Shown here: one piece after another, positions 50,674-59,839 of the stretch | How positions within the stretch are numbered: position 1 is the first letter of the stretch | Layout of the letters: every line of letters starts with the position of its first letter | Assembly: GCA_963708075.1 (NCBI GenBank) | Contig: OY970194.1 | Span: 2,624,001 to 2,688,000, forward strand | DNA: 64,000 nucleotides | Direction: 5' to 3' | Source: Sedimentisphaerales bacterium | GTDB lineage: Bacteria > Planctomycetota > Phycisphaerae > Sedimentisphaerales > Anaerobacaceae | Notes under the pieces: model-generated | What the model was told of the DNA's origin: nothing | Databases searched by the model: none | What the model saw: the letters and a program-made list of their open reading frames with translations, nothing else | Made by a program: the position numbers and the translations under genes

Positions 50674-52740
50674 ATGGCTGGAGAAAAGAAAGATGAACAT
50701 TCAAGGGCCAAACCCAAACGGGAGAAGCCGCGGGACAGAGCTGGGGCCGTGGAAAAAGCGGAACTGAGCATGGGACAGCCAGGCGATGTACAAGCCGTAG
50801 AGCCGGAAGCTACGGCTGCCAAGCCCGAGCAGACGGAGACGCACGAGAGGACTCCCTGCCCGGTAGCGGGCGTGGGTGCCTCAGCCGGCGGACTAGAGGC
50901 ATTACAGGGGCTCTTTGCGCACGTACCTGCCGATCTGAACGTGGCTTTCGTCGTGGTTCAGCACCGCGCGGCGGATCGCACGAGCGTGATGCGGTCCCTG
51001 CTCGAGAAGCATACTCAGCTTGCCGTCAAGGACATCGAGGACGGCATGAAGATTGAGCCGGGCACCGTGTACCTCAGTCCGGCGGATAAAGACGTATCGA
51101 TCTTGAACGGGGTGCTGTTCCTCATCGAACCCCCGCCGCGCGTTGGTGTACACTTGCCCATCGACTCATTCTTCCGCTCCCTGGCCCAGGAGGAGGCGGG
51201 CCGGGCGATCGGCATCGTCCTCTCGGGCACCGGCTCCGACGGCACGCTCGGACTCAAGGAGATCAAGGCCGCCGGAGGTCTGCTCATGGCCCAGGACGAG
51301 ACCCAGGCCAAGTACGACTCCATGCCCCGAAGCGCCATCGACACAGGCATGGTCGATTTCGTCCTGCCGGTCGAGAAGATGGGCGAGCAATTGGCCCAGT
51401 ACCTCAAACATCCGCTCCTGGTGAGACCCAAGCCCGCGGACACGGAGAAGAACATAGAGAGCCAGTTCCAGAAGGTTTTCATGCTGATCCTCGCCGAGAC
51501 CGGCCACGACTTCTCCCACTACAAGCGCAATACCATCCAGCGGAGGATCGCCCGGCGGCTGGCCGTCCACCAGATCGAGAACCTCGATCGTTACGTCCGG
51601 TTTCTCCAGGAGAACCCGGAGGAAGTCAAAATCCTGGCCAGGGAGATGCTGATCACCGTGACGAATTTCTTCCGGGACCGCGAGGCGTTCGAGAAGCTTC
51701 AGGGACAGGTAATCGCCCCCCTCGTGGCGCAAAAGGCGCCGGATTCCTCCTTTCGGATCTGGGTGGCCGGCTGCGCCACAGGCGAAGAGGCCTACAGCAT
51801 AGCGATGATGCTATATGAGGAGATCACCCGGAGCGAAAAACGCTTCAGTGTTCAGATTTTCGCCACGGATATCGACGAGGAATCCATCGAGACGGCGCGC
51901 CATGGCCAGTATTCCAAGAGCATCGCCGGCGACATCTCCCCGGCACGTCTCAAGCGGTTCTTCACCGAGGAGAACAACCACTACAAAATCAAGAGCATGA
52001 TCCGCGAGATGGTCGTCTTCACCAAGCATAACGTGACCAAGGACAGCCCGTTCTCCAGGCTCGACCTGCTCTGCTGCCGCAATGTCCTGATCTACATGGA
52101 CGCGACCCTGCAGAAGAAGCTGATCCCCATGTTCCACTACACGCTGAATCCTGGCGGCTTCTTGTTCCTGGGCGAGAGCGAATCCGTCGGGTCGTATTCC
52201 GATCTGTTCACCCCGGTCGATGCCCGGCACAAGATCTTCCGGCGCAAACCCCTGCAGGCAGGCTATGAGCCCGACACGGAGGTCGGCTTTCATCCTCAGG
52301 CCGAGGCGGCGCCAAAAGACAAAGTGCGGGCGAAAGAGCAACGGCAGGAGATCGACGAGCTCTCCAAGGCCTACGACGACCTGAACAATCTGCTGGCGGC
52401 CACCGAGGTGGCCACGCTATTCCTGGACCGGGCCATGAAGATCCGGCGGTTCACGCCGGCGGCCCGCCAGATGTTCCACCTGATCGACCGCGATGCCGGC
52501 CGGCTCATCTACGATATGGGCAATCGTCAGTGGGACATCCCTGACTTGCGAAAGCTGCTCGAGCAGATCGTGCCCCAGAATACGAAGTTCGAGGGTTTCA
52601 AGGTCTCTCACAAGTTCCCGCAAATCGGGGAGAAGACCTTCCTGCTCGACGCCCGCCAGACCACCCTCAAGGGCGAAACTACCGGCCGAATCCTCTTACC
52701 CTTCGAGGACATTACCGGACAAGAGGAGGGCACATCGTAG
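50674..52740 (+). CDS. CheB methylesterase-CheR methyltransferase fusion with a shortened PAS tail
   Basis: GASAGG, QH, LSGTGSDG (CheB triad); VTNFFRD, WVAGCATGEEAYS, ATDID, CRNVLIY, LGESE (CheR). Confidence 0.92.
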   Translation: MAGEKKDEHSRAKPKREKPRDRAGAVEKAELSMGQPGDVQAVEPEATAAKPEQTETHERTPCPVAGVGASAGGLEALQGLFAHVPADLNVAFVVVQHRAADRTSVMRSLLEKHTQLAVKDIEDGMKIEPGTVYLSPADKDVSILNGVLFLIEPPPRVGVHLPIDSFFRSLAQEEAGRAIGIVLSGTGSDGTLGLKEIKAAGGLLMAQDETQAKYDSMPRSAIDTGMVDFVLPVEKMGEQLAQYLKHPLLVRPKPADTEKNIESQFQKVFMLILAETGHDFSHYKRNTIQRRIARRLAVHQIENLDRYVRFLQENPEEVKILAREMLITVTNFFRDREAFEKLQGQVIAPLVAQKAPDSSFRIWVAGCATGEEAYSIAMMLYEEITRSEKRFSVQIFATDIDEESIETARHGQYSKSIAGDISPARLKRFFTEENNHYKIKSMIREMVVFTKHNVTKDSPFSRLDLLCCRNVLIYMDATLQKKLIPMFHYTLNPGGFLFLGESESVGSYSDLFTPVDARHKIFRRKPLQAGYEPDTEVGFHPQAEAAPKDKVRAKEQRQEIDELSKAYDDLNNLLAATEVATLFLDRAMKIRRFTPAARQMFHLIDRDAGRLIYDMGNRQWDIPDLRKLLEQIVPQNTKFEGFKVSHKFPQIGEKTFLLDARQTTLKGETTGRILLPFEDITGQEEGTS

Positions 52741-52855
52741 GGCGAGCGTCCTCGCCCAAGAGGTCGTGCGAGGACGCACGACCTGCAAGAATCGTCACGG
52801 GACGTGTGAAATGGAGCAGTGGCGGCCGATGAGCGCCGGCCGAAAGACTGAAAAC

Positions 52856-55800
52856 ATGGCCAGGAAGAAGAACAACTCAACCAAGGCATCCAACGATCTG
52901 CGTGAGCGGGCGGAGCAAGCGCTGGACCTCGAAACCGTGTCGGTGCGCGGCATGGCAGAGAACGAGGTGGTGGCCTTGGTGCATGAGCTGCGCGTCCACC
53001 AGGTCGAGCTGGAGATGCAGAATGAGTCGCTGCGCCAGGCCCAGGTCGATCTGGAGCAGTCGCGGACGAAGTACGCGGAGTTGTTCGACTTTGCTCCGGT
53101 CGGATACATGGTTTTCAATCCGAACGGAATCCTGGTGGAGGCCAACCTGACGGCTACCGGTATGCTGCAAGTGGAGCGGACCCGATTGGTCGGCACGTCG
53201 CTCAACGTATTCCTCCAGCCGGCAAGCCTGGATACGTGGCGATTCCACTACCAGGCGGTGTTCAAGTCCGGCCAGGCGCAGGAGTGCGAGCTTGAACTCA
53301 AGCGCAAGGACAAGACTGAAATGGTGGTGCGGCTTCGCAGCGAGCCCGTGAAGAACGAGCAGGAGGAGGTTATCCAGTGCCGCACCACGATGACCAACGT
53401 CACCGCCCTGGCCAAGGCCGAACGCCGGCTGAAGGATTCCGAGCGGCGGTTCCGCACCTTGGCCGAGAACTCCCCCGATATCATCGCCCGCATCAACGAG
53501 GACCTGCGCATCCTCTACGCCAATCGGCCGGTTGAGAACGTCCTGGGTATTCCTCCCAGCGAATTCATCGGACAGACCATCGATGAGCTCGGCCTGCCGG
53601 ATGAGCTGGTCAATACGTGGACCGGCGAAATCCGGGGGGTTTTCACGTCCGGCAAGGTCGGTCACATCGAGTTCAGCTATGGCGCCGCGCGGGGCGTCCG
53701 CCACTATAGCGCGATCCTCGTGCCGGAATTTGAGGAGGGACACGCCGTCGGCACCGTCCTGGTCAGCGTGCGCGATATTACTCAGCGAGTGGAAGCGGAA
53801 GAGAGGTACAGCACAATCATCCGCAACTCGCTGGAGGGTTTCTGCATCCTCGATCGGACGGGCCGATACATCGAGGTCAATGACAGTTGCTGCCGAATGC
53901 TCGGCCACAGCCGCGAGGAGTTGCTCACGATGTCGTTCGCCGATGTCCTGGCCCCTGAGCAGCGGCAGATAGTGACCGAGCACATGGCTAAGGTCCTCAA
54001 GGAAGGCTACGGCCGCTTCCACACGTGGTACCTGCGCCCGGATGGGCAGCGCGTGGACTGCGATATCAGCGTTCAGAAGCTCAACGGCGACCGCGCCCTT
54101 GTCATGGCCCGCGACGTAACGGAGCAGTACAAGGCGGAAGAGGAACGATTGGAGAGCCTGCGGCGGCTCGAACGCGTCGCAGCAGCCACCAATGACGGCA
54201 TTTGGGACATAGACCTGGAGACCGGCAGGCTCTGGCACAACGAGGCCTACACAACCGCGTTCGGCTACGATCCGGACGAACCCATCTCGCCGACCTGGTG
54301 GCAGGAGCGCATCCACCCGGAAGACAGGGACCGGGTGCTATCCACTCTTGACAGCACCATCCAGGAGGGAAAAGACCGGTGGCAGGCCCGCTACCGCTTC
54401 CAACGCAAGGACGGGTCTTACGCCTGGGTCATGGCCCGTGGCTACGTGCTCCGCGATGAACAGGGCAAGGCGGTGCGCGTCACCGGCTCGATGATCGACC
54501 TGACGGAGAGACTGGAGCTGATCGATCAGTTGGAGAGCGAGCGGACCAAGCTCACGGCGATTCTCCAGACCGTGCAGAGCGGGATCATCGTCGTCGATAC
54601 CAAGGGCCGGCTCATCTACGCCAACCCCGCCCTCCAGGAAATCCACCAGCGTCCCGTCGATATCGGCGAGGCTCTCGAACCGAGCAGGCAGTTCGGCCTG
54701 ATGCACCTCGATGGCACGCCGTATGAGGCGAAGGAGCTGCCCGCCGTTCGCGCTATGACGACCGGGGAAATCATCAGCAAAGTGGAGATGCTCGCCGAGC
54801 GCCCGGACGGGCAGCGGCGACATATCCTGGCCAACGCCAGTCCCCTTCGCGATTCCCAGGGCAAGATCATCGGCGCCGTCGCCATCGTGCAAGACATCAC
54901 GGAGCTCAAAGCCGCCGAGCAGGCGCTGCGCCAAGCTAAGGATGAGTTGGAGCAGAGAATCCGCCGGCGAACGACAGAGCTCGACGCGACCGTGGGCACG
55001 CTTCAGCAGGAAGTGGCCGAGAAGGTCGAAGCCCAGACCCAGTTGATGCGTCAGAACGACGTCCTGCAGAAGATCATCGGCAACATCCCCGTGATGCTGT
55101 ACTTCTATGACTCGCAGGGCAACGTGGCGATGGTCAACCACGAGTTCGAGCGGGTGCTCGGCTATTCTCTCAAAGACATCCAGAAGTCCGACCTCATGGA
55201 GTTGTTCTACCCGGACCCCCAGCAGCGGGAGCAGGTCCGGCAATACATGTTGTCCGGCGAGCCCGGGTGGCGAGATTTCTTCGTGCAGCGCAAGCGCGGA
55301 GGCAAGGTCCTCAGTTCCTGGGCCAACATCCGCCTGGCCGACGACTCCTACGTCGGGATCGGCATCGATATCCGCGAGCGGCAGCGATTCGAGAAACGCC
55401 TGCGCGAGAGCCAGGAACGGTATCGCACACTGGTCGAGATGGCACCCGACGCCATCATCGTCGCGCGGGATGGCACCATCCTGTTCGCCAATCCCACGGC
55501 GGCGAGACTCTTTGGGGCGGACAAGGCCGACGACCTCATCGGACGACCCGCCCTGGACGTTATCCACCCGGACTATCGCCAAGAGACTCAGGAGCAGCAC
55601 GCGGCTGTCCAGATACAGCGGGTGCCGCTGCAATCGGTGGAGAAGAGGATCGTACGTCTCGATGGCAGCTCGCTGGATGTGGAGGCGTCGGCGATGCCGA
55701 TCACGTTCGAGGGCGGTCCGGCTATCCAGATCGTGATGCATGACATCACGGAGCGTAAGCGGGCCGAGGAGCGTTTGCGGCGCAGCGCCTGGCAACTGCA

Positions 55801-57244
55801 GCAGCAGGCGGAACTGCTCAATCTCGCTCATGACACGATCATGGTGCACGACATGGACGGCCGCATTACTTTCTGGAATCGCGGCGCCGAACACACGTAC
55901 GGCTGGACCAGGGAAGAAGCCGTCGGCAAGGTCAGCCACGAGCTTCTCAAGAGCCGCTTCCCTCACAACCTTATGGAGATCACCGCCATGCTTCTGAATC
56001 AGGGCCGGTGGGACGGCGAGCTGACCCACACCACCCGCAGCGGTGAAACGATCATCGTCTCCAGTCGCTGGGCTCTGCAGCGCGATGAGAACGGCCAGCC
56101 CGCCGCCATTTTAGTGATCGACCGCGATATTACCGAGCAGAAGAACGCGGAGATGGCGACCAGCGAGGCGAGACGCTTTGCCGAGAGTGTCATCGACACC
56201 GTGCAGGAGGCATTGCTCGTGCTGGACTCGGGCCTGAAAGTGATCTCAGCCAATCACACGTTCTACGACACGTTCCAGGTTACGCCGGAGGAAACGCAGG
56301 GCCGTTACGTGTATGAGGTCGGTCAGGGCCAGTGGAACATTCCCGAGCTTCGCAAACTCCTGGAGGACATTCTGCCCCACAACACGAGCTTCGAGAGCTT
56401 TGAGGTCGAGCACGAGTTCGATCGCATTGGATACCGCACCATGGTGCTGAATGCCCGTAGAATCTACAGCGAAACACAGGAGACGGAAATGATTCTGCTG
56501 GCGATGCAAGATATCACGATCCGCAAGCAACAGGAGCGGGAGATCCACGAGCATCAGCGCCAGTTGGCCTCGCTGACCGAGGAGCTGCTGTTTGCGGAAG
56601 AGCGGGAACGGCACCGGCTGGCCGTCATGCTGCACGATTCCATCGGGCAATCCCTGGCCTTCTCCAGGCGGGAACTCGGTGTGCTGCAGAAGCGTGTTCC
56701 GGCCGAGATGACCGAGACCATTGAGAACATCAAGGAGCAGATCGATGTGGCAATCCATCAGACCCGCGATTTGACGTTCGAACTGAGCCCCACCACGCTG
56801 CACACGTTCGGCCTGGAGGCAGCGGTCGAGGAGCTTGGCGATCAATTCGCCCGGCATGAGGGATTCAAGTTCCGCTTCGAGGCGACCGCCGAGAAGCTGC
56901 CGCTGACCGAGCAAATCAAGACCCTTCTTTACCGGGCAGCAAGGGAATTGCTTATGAATATTGCGAAACACGCTGATGCGCACAGTGTGTCCGTGCAGAT
57001 CAATAGAACGGATAATAGCATCAGAATTCGGGTCGCCGATGATGGGCGGGGATTCGACGTTTCTGCAATGAGAGACGTTACAGGAGAAAAACAAGGTTTC
57101 GGCATATTCAGTATTCGGGAACGGCTGACGAACGTCGGCGGCTCGTTCCATATTACTTCCGAGCCGGGCAAAGGAACGGAAATCATATTGATTGCACCGT
57201 TAGATGTCCCCAGGGATACGGGAAAGAGGAGTGGCACACCATGA
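52856..57244 (+). CDS. Soluble multi-PAS (about 9) HisKA_3 sensor histidine kinase
   Basis: HELRVHQVELEMQNE coiled coil; nine PAS-type starts; ERERHRLAVMLHDSIGQ (H box), ELLMNIAKHA, DDGRGF, GFGIFSIRER; no TM; ATGA overlap with the regulator. Confidence 0.92.
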   Translation: MARKKNNSTKASNDLRERAEQALDLETVSVRGMAENEVVALVHELRVHQVELEMQNESLRQAQVDLEQSRTKYAELFDFAPVGYMVFNPNGILVEANLTATGMLQVERTRLVGTSLNVFLQPASLDTWRFHYQAVFKSGQAQECELELKRKDKTEMVVRLRSEPVKNEQEEVIQCRTTMTNVTALAKAERRLKDSERRFRTLAENSPDIIARINEDLRILYANRPVENVLGIPPSEFIGQTIDELGLPDELVNTWTGEIRGVFTSGKVGHIEFSYGAARGVRHYSAILVPEFEEGHAVGTVLVSVRDITQRVEAEERYSTIIRNSLEGFCILDRTGRYIEVNDSCCRMLGHSREELLTMSFADVLAPEQRQIVTEHMAKVLKEGYGRFHTWYLRPDGQRVDCDISVQKLNGDRALVMARDVTEQYKAEEERLESLRRLERVAAATNDGIWDIDLETGRLWHNEAYTTAFGYDPDEPISPTWWQERIHPEDRDRVLSTLDSTIQEGKDRWQARYRFQRKDGSYAWVMARGYVLRDEQGKAVRVTGSMIDLTERLELIDQLESERTKLTAILQTVQSGIIVVDTKGRLIYANPALQEIHQRPVDIGEALEPSRQFGLMHLDGTPYEAKELPAVRAMTTGEIISKVEMLAERPDGQRRHILANASPLRDSQGKIIGAVAIVQDITELKAAEQALRQAKDELEQRIRRRTTELDATVGTLQQEVAEKVEAQTQLMRQNDVLQKIIGNIPVMLYFYDSQGNVAMVNHEFERVLGYSLKDIQKSDLMELFYPDPQQREQVRQYMLSGEPGWRDFFVQRKRGGKVLSSWANIRLADDSYVGIGIDIRERQRFEKRLRESQERYRTLVEMAPDAIIVARDGTILFANPTAARLFGADKADDLIGRPALDVIHPDYRQETQEQHAAVQIQRVPLQSVEKRIVRLDGSSLDVEASAMPITFEGGPAIQIVMHDITERKRAEERLRRSAWQLQQQAELLNLAHDTIMVHDMDGRITFWNRGAEHTYGWTREEAVGKVSHELLKSRFPHNLMEITAMLLNQGRWDGELTHTTRSGETIIVSSRWALQRDENGQPAAILVIDRDITEQKNAEMATSEARRFAESVIDTVQEALLVLDSGLKVISANHTFYDTFQVTPEETQGRYVYEVGQGQWNIPELRKLLEDILPHNTSFESFEVEHEFDRIGYRTMVLNARRIYSETQETEMILLAMQDITIRKQQEREIHEHQRQLASLTEELLFAEERERHRLAVMLHDSIGQSLAFSRRELGVLQKRVPAEMTETIENIKEQIDVAIHQTRDLTFELSPTTLHTFGLEAAVEELGDQFARHEGFKFRFEATAEKLPLTEQIKTLLYRAARELLMNIAKHADAHSVSVQINRTDNSIRIRVADDGRGFDVSAMRDVTGEKQGFGIFSIRERLTNVGGSFHITSEPGKGTEIILIAPLDVPRDTGKRSGTP

Positions 57245-57894
57245 CTATACGGGTATTGCTTGCAGACGACCATGCTATTGTACGTCATGGTCTGAGTCGA
57301 TCCATCCAACAGGAGGAAGACATGGAGGTGGTCGGCCAGGCCGGTACGGGGCTGACCGCCATGGAGATGGCCCGGGATTTGATGCCCAACGTTGTGCTCA
57401 TGGACATCAGCATGCCCGACATGAACGGCATGGAGGCAACGCGCCTGATTCTCCGCGAATCTCCTCAACTGAAAGTGATCGCCCTGTCCATGCACTCGGC
57501 CAAGCGGTACGTACGCGAGATGTTCCGGGCCGGCGCCACGGGCTACCTGCTCAAGGACTGCGAGTTCGATGAGTTGATCGGCGCGATCCGCATGGTGGCG
57601 GAGGGGCAAACCTACGTGAGCCCGTCGATCAGCGAGGTGGTCGTAGAAGACTACGTGCGAGGCTCCCTCAAAGAGGAGGCCGACGCCTTTTCCGTCCTGA
57701 CGCAGCGGGAGCGAGAGGTCCTGCAACTCATGGCGGAGGGCAACAGCACCAAGCAGATCGCCGCCAGGCTGTTCATCAGCCCCAAGACCGTGGAGGCCCA
57801 TCGGCTGCGCATCATGCACAAGCTGGACATCGACAACGTAGCACAGCTTACGAAGTACGCGATTCAGGAGGGCCTGACGACACCTGAGCCGTGA
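57241..57894 (+). CDS. NarL/LuxR-family response regulator (cognate copy)
   Basis: 217 aa, same motifs and length as 41408-42061; coupled to the kinase. Confidence 0.95.
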   Translation: MTIRVLLADDHAIVRHGLSRSIQQEEDMEVVGQAGTGLTAMEMARDLMPNVVLMDISMPDMNGMEATRLILRESPQLKVIALSMHSAKRYVREMFRAGATGYLLKDCEFDELIGAIRMVAEGQTYVSPSISEVVVEDYVRGSLKEEADAFSVLTQREREVLQLMAEGNSTKQIAARLFISPKTVEAHRLRIMHKLDIDNVAQLTKYAIQEGLTTPEP

Positions 57895-57979
57895 TTCCTG
57901 CCGAGTCCATGGGGGGGTTCGGCCGCCTGCCAACGGCAGGAGAGGCACGAACATGTCTGACGCATAGCGTTCTTCTTCT

Positions 57980-58675
57980 CTATCGCACGGGTAGCAAGGA
58001 AGCTGGGGCCGAGGCGATCGCCTTGCGCAACTCCTCGATCGCTATCCCTCTGTCCTTTTTGCCGAAGATAGCGCTTCCGACGACCAGAGTATCGGCCCCG
58101 CAGCCGACAACGATCGGCGCCGTTTCCGGCGATATGCCGCCGTCGACCTGAATGCGTGTGGCGGGTCCTACCAGTTCGCGCACCTGCCTGACCTTCTTCG
58201 CCGTTTCCGGGAGGAACTTCTGACCGCCGAATCCCGGGTGAACGGTCATCACCAGGACCAATTCACAGTACGGGGCCACGTCGATGATGCGCAGAACGTC
58301 GGTTTCCGGGTTCAAGGCAACGCCGGCAGTGACCCCGGCCTTATGCAGCTCGTCCACGAGGTCCAGCGGCCTGTCCTCCGTTTCAATGTGGAACGTGATA
58401 TGATCCGCGCCGGCACGAACGAACGCTTCCACGTACTGTCGCGGATTGGAGATCATCAGTTGCACGTCGAAGGCCAGCGCACTGTACCGGCGCAAGGCAG
58501 CCACGACAGGAGGTCCGAAGCTGATGTTCGGGACGAAGTGGCCGTCCATGATGTCGAACTGGATCATCTTGACGCCCGCCGCTTCGACCTCGGCCACCTC
58601 CGCCGCCAATCGGCCGAAATCCGCCGCAAGCACCGACGGCACGATCTCGATTGTGCCCGTCCTTGGTAATCGCAT
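57980..58675 (-). CDS. rpe: Ribulose-phosphate 3-epimerase
   Basis: PSVLAADF, DIMDGHFVPNISFG, MTVHPGFGGQKF, VDGGI. Confidence 0.92.
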   Translation of the reverse strand: MRLPRTGTIEIVPSVLAADFGRLAAEVAEVEAAGVKMIQFDIMDGHFVPNISFGPPVVAALRRYSALAFDVQLMISNPRQYVEAFVRAGADHITFHIETEDRPLDLVDELHKAGVTAGVALNPETDVLRIIDVAPYCELVLVMTVHPGFGGQKFLPETAKKVRQVRELVGPATRIQVDGGISPETAPIVVGCGADTLVVGSAIFGKKDRGIAIEELRKAIASAPASLLPVR

Positions 58676-58687
58676 GACACTGCCCCC

Positions 58688-59449
58688 TCAGGCTCCTTCC
58701 GAAGCTCGCTCGGGTCCCTGGGCCTGCTCAAGGCGAGCTGCGGCAAACGGCCAGTTGGCGATCTTCATGAAATTGTCCACCCACGCCGCCCGGTTGTTCT
58801 GATATTGCAGATAGTAGGCGTGCTCCCACACATCGCAGACCAGCAGAGGGATCGTGTTCCAGATCGTGAGATTCTGATGCTTGCCCGCCTGGAGGATCAG
58901 GAGTCTGTCGGCGATCGGCTCGTAGACAAGCACTCCCCAGCCACTGGCCTCGACGGCCTTGGTCGCAGCCGCAAACTGGCTCTGGGCATTCTGCACCGAT
59001 CCGAAACTCCTCTCCAAGGCCCGCGCGAGATTCGACGGTACCTGCGGCTTGTCGGGGCTCATGGAATGCCAGAACAAGGTATGCAGCACGTGGCCGCTGC
59101 CATTGAACGCCAGTTTCTCGCTGAGGGCCTGGATGTGGGTATAGTCGTTGCCCTTGCGAGCCGCTTCGAGTTGTTCCATCGCGGCGTTGAGCCCTTTCAC
59201 ATACGTGTCATGGTGCTTGTCATGGTGGATTCGCAATGTCTTCTCATCATAAATGGGCTCCAGAGCGTTGTAATCATAGGGCAGCGGCGGCAGGCGGTAC
59301 ATGCCGTCCTTGTGCGCCTCTTCGAAAATCTCGGAGGACGAGCCCGACGGCATCTTGCGCCCCAGAACCGATTCTTCCACCGCTCCCATGCTCAAAAAGG
59401 CAAACGGACCGAACTCGAGCAGGTCTCTACGTGAACGGTTTGTCCTCAT
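58688..59449 (-). CDS. Fe/Mn superoxide dismutase with an N-terminal extension
   Basis: LPPLPYDYNALEP, HHDKHH, FNGSGHVLHTLFW, DVWEHAYYLQYQN. Confidence 0.95.
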   Translation of the reverse strand: MRTNRSRRDLLEFGPFAFLSMGAVEESVLGRKMPSGSSSEIFEEAHKDGMYRLPPLPYDYNALEPIYDEKTLRIHHDKHHDTYVKGLNAAMEQLEAARKGNDYTHIQALSEKLAFNGSGHVLHTLFWHSMSPDKPQVPSNLARALERSFGSVQNAQSQFAAATKAVEASGWGVLVYEPIADRLLILQAGKHQNLTIWNTIPLLVCDVWEHAYYLQYQNNRAAWVDNFMKIANWPFAAARLEQAQGPERASEGA

Positions 59450-59646
59450 GATCTATTCCCTTTCGAATCCATGTTGCGAGGTTGTTGCAGCACTGAATCG
59501 AGCCTGAGGGTAAGGTCCGGCCGGGCACCTGACAATGAGCCAACTGCTGAGAAGCATGTAAGAGAATTCCCCGCCCCGCCGGCTCGGGCAGGACGCAGTC
59601 AACAAGACCTCATGGCTACGCAATTGGAGCCATAAGAGCCGGCCTA

Positions 59647-59683
59647 TCAGGGCTTTCCAGAGACATAATGCGGAAACCCCTTA
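59647..59683. promoter_or_regulatory. Tandem degenerate boxes TCAGGG-CTT-TCCAGA and TGCGGA-AAC-CCCTTA
   Basis: Two near-matches to the island palindrome 22 bp apart, between divergent sod and CBS genes. Confidence 0.45.
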
Positions 59684-59839
59684 GCCCGGGGCCGTGCCTG
59701 CACACAAGGCCACTCCGTACAATCCTATAGGCAATCCAGTGCAAGTCATGGTTTCCGTTCGACGAGATGTGGGGGCCTTGGCTCCACAGGATGTGCCGGA
59801 AAACAGGAAGTGCTTTAATCACGAAAGGAAGTGTGTGTT

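Noticed and set aside
50674..52740. Chemotaxis operon
   Set aside because: No cheA, cheW, cheY or MCP genes; CheBR fusions with kinases are a separate non-chemotactic class
52493..52855. N-terminal 121 aa of the 1583-aa kinase ORF
   Set aside because: Overlaps the CheBR coding end and reads as off-frame text; family-like sequence begins near MARKK at 52856
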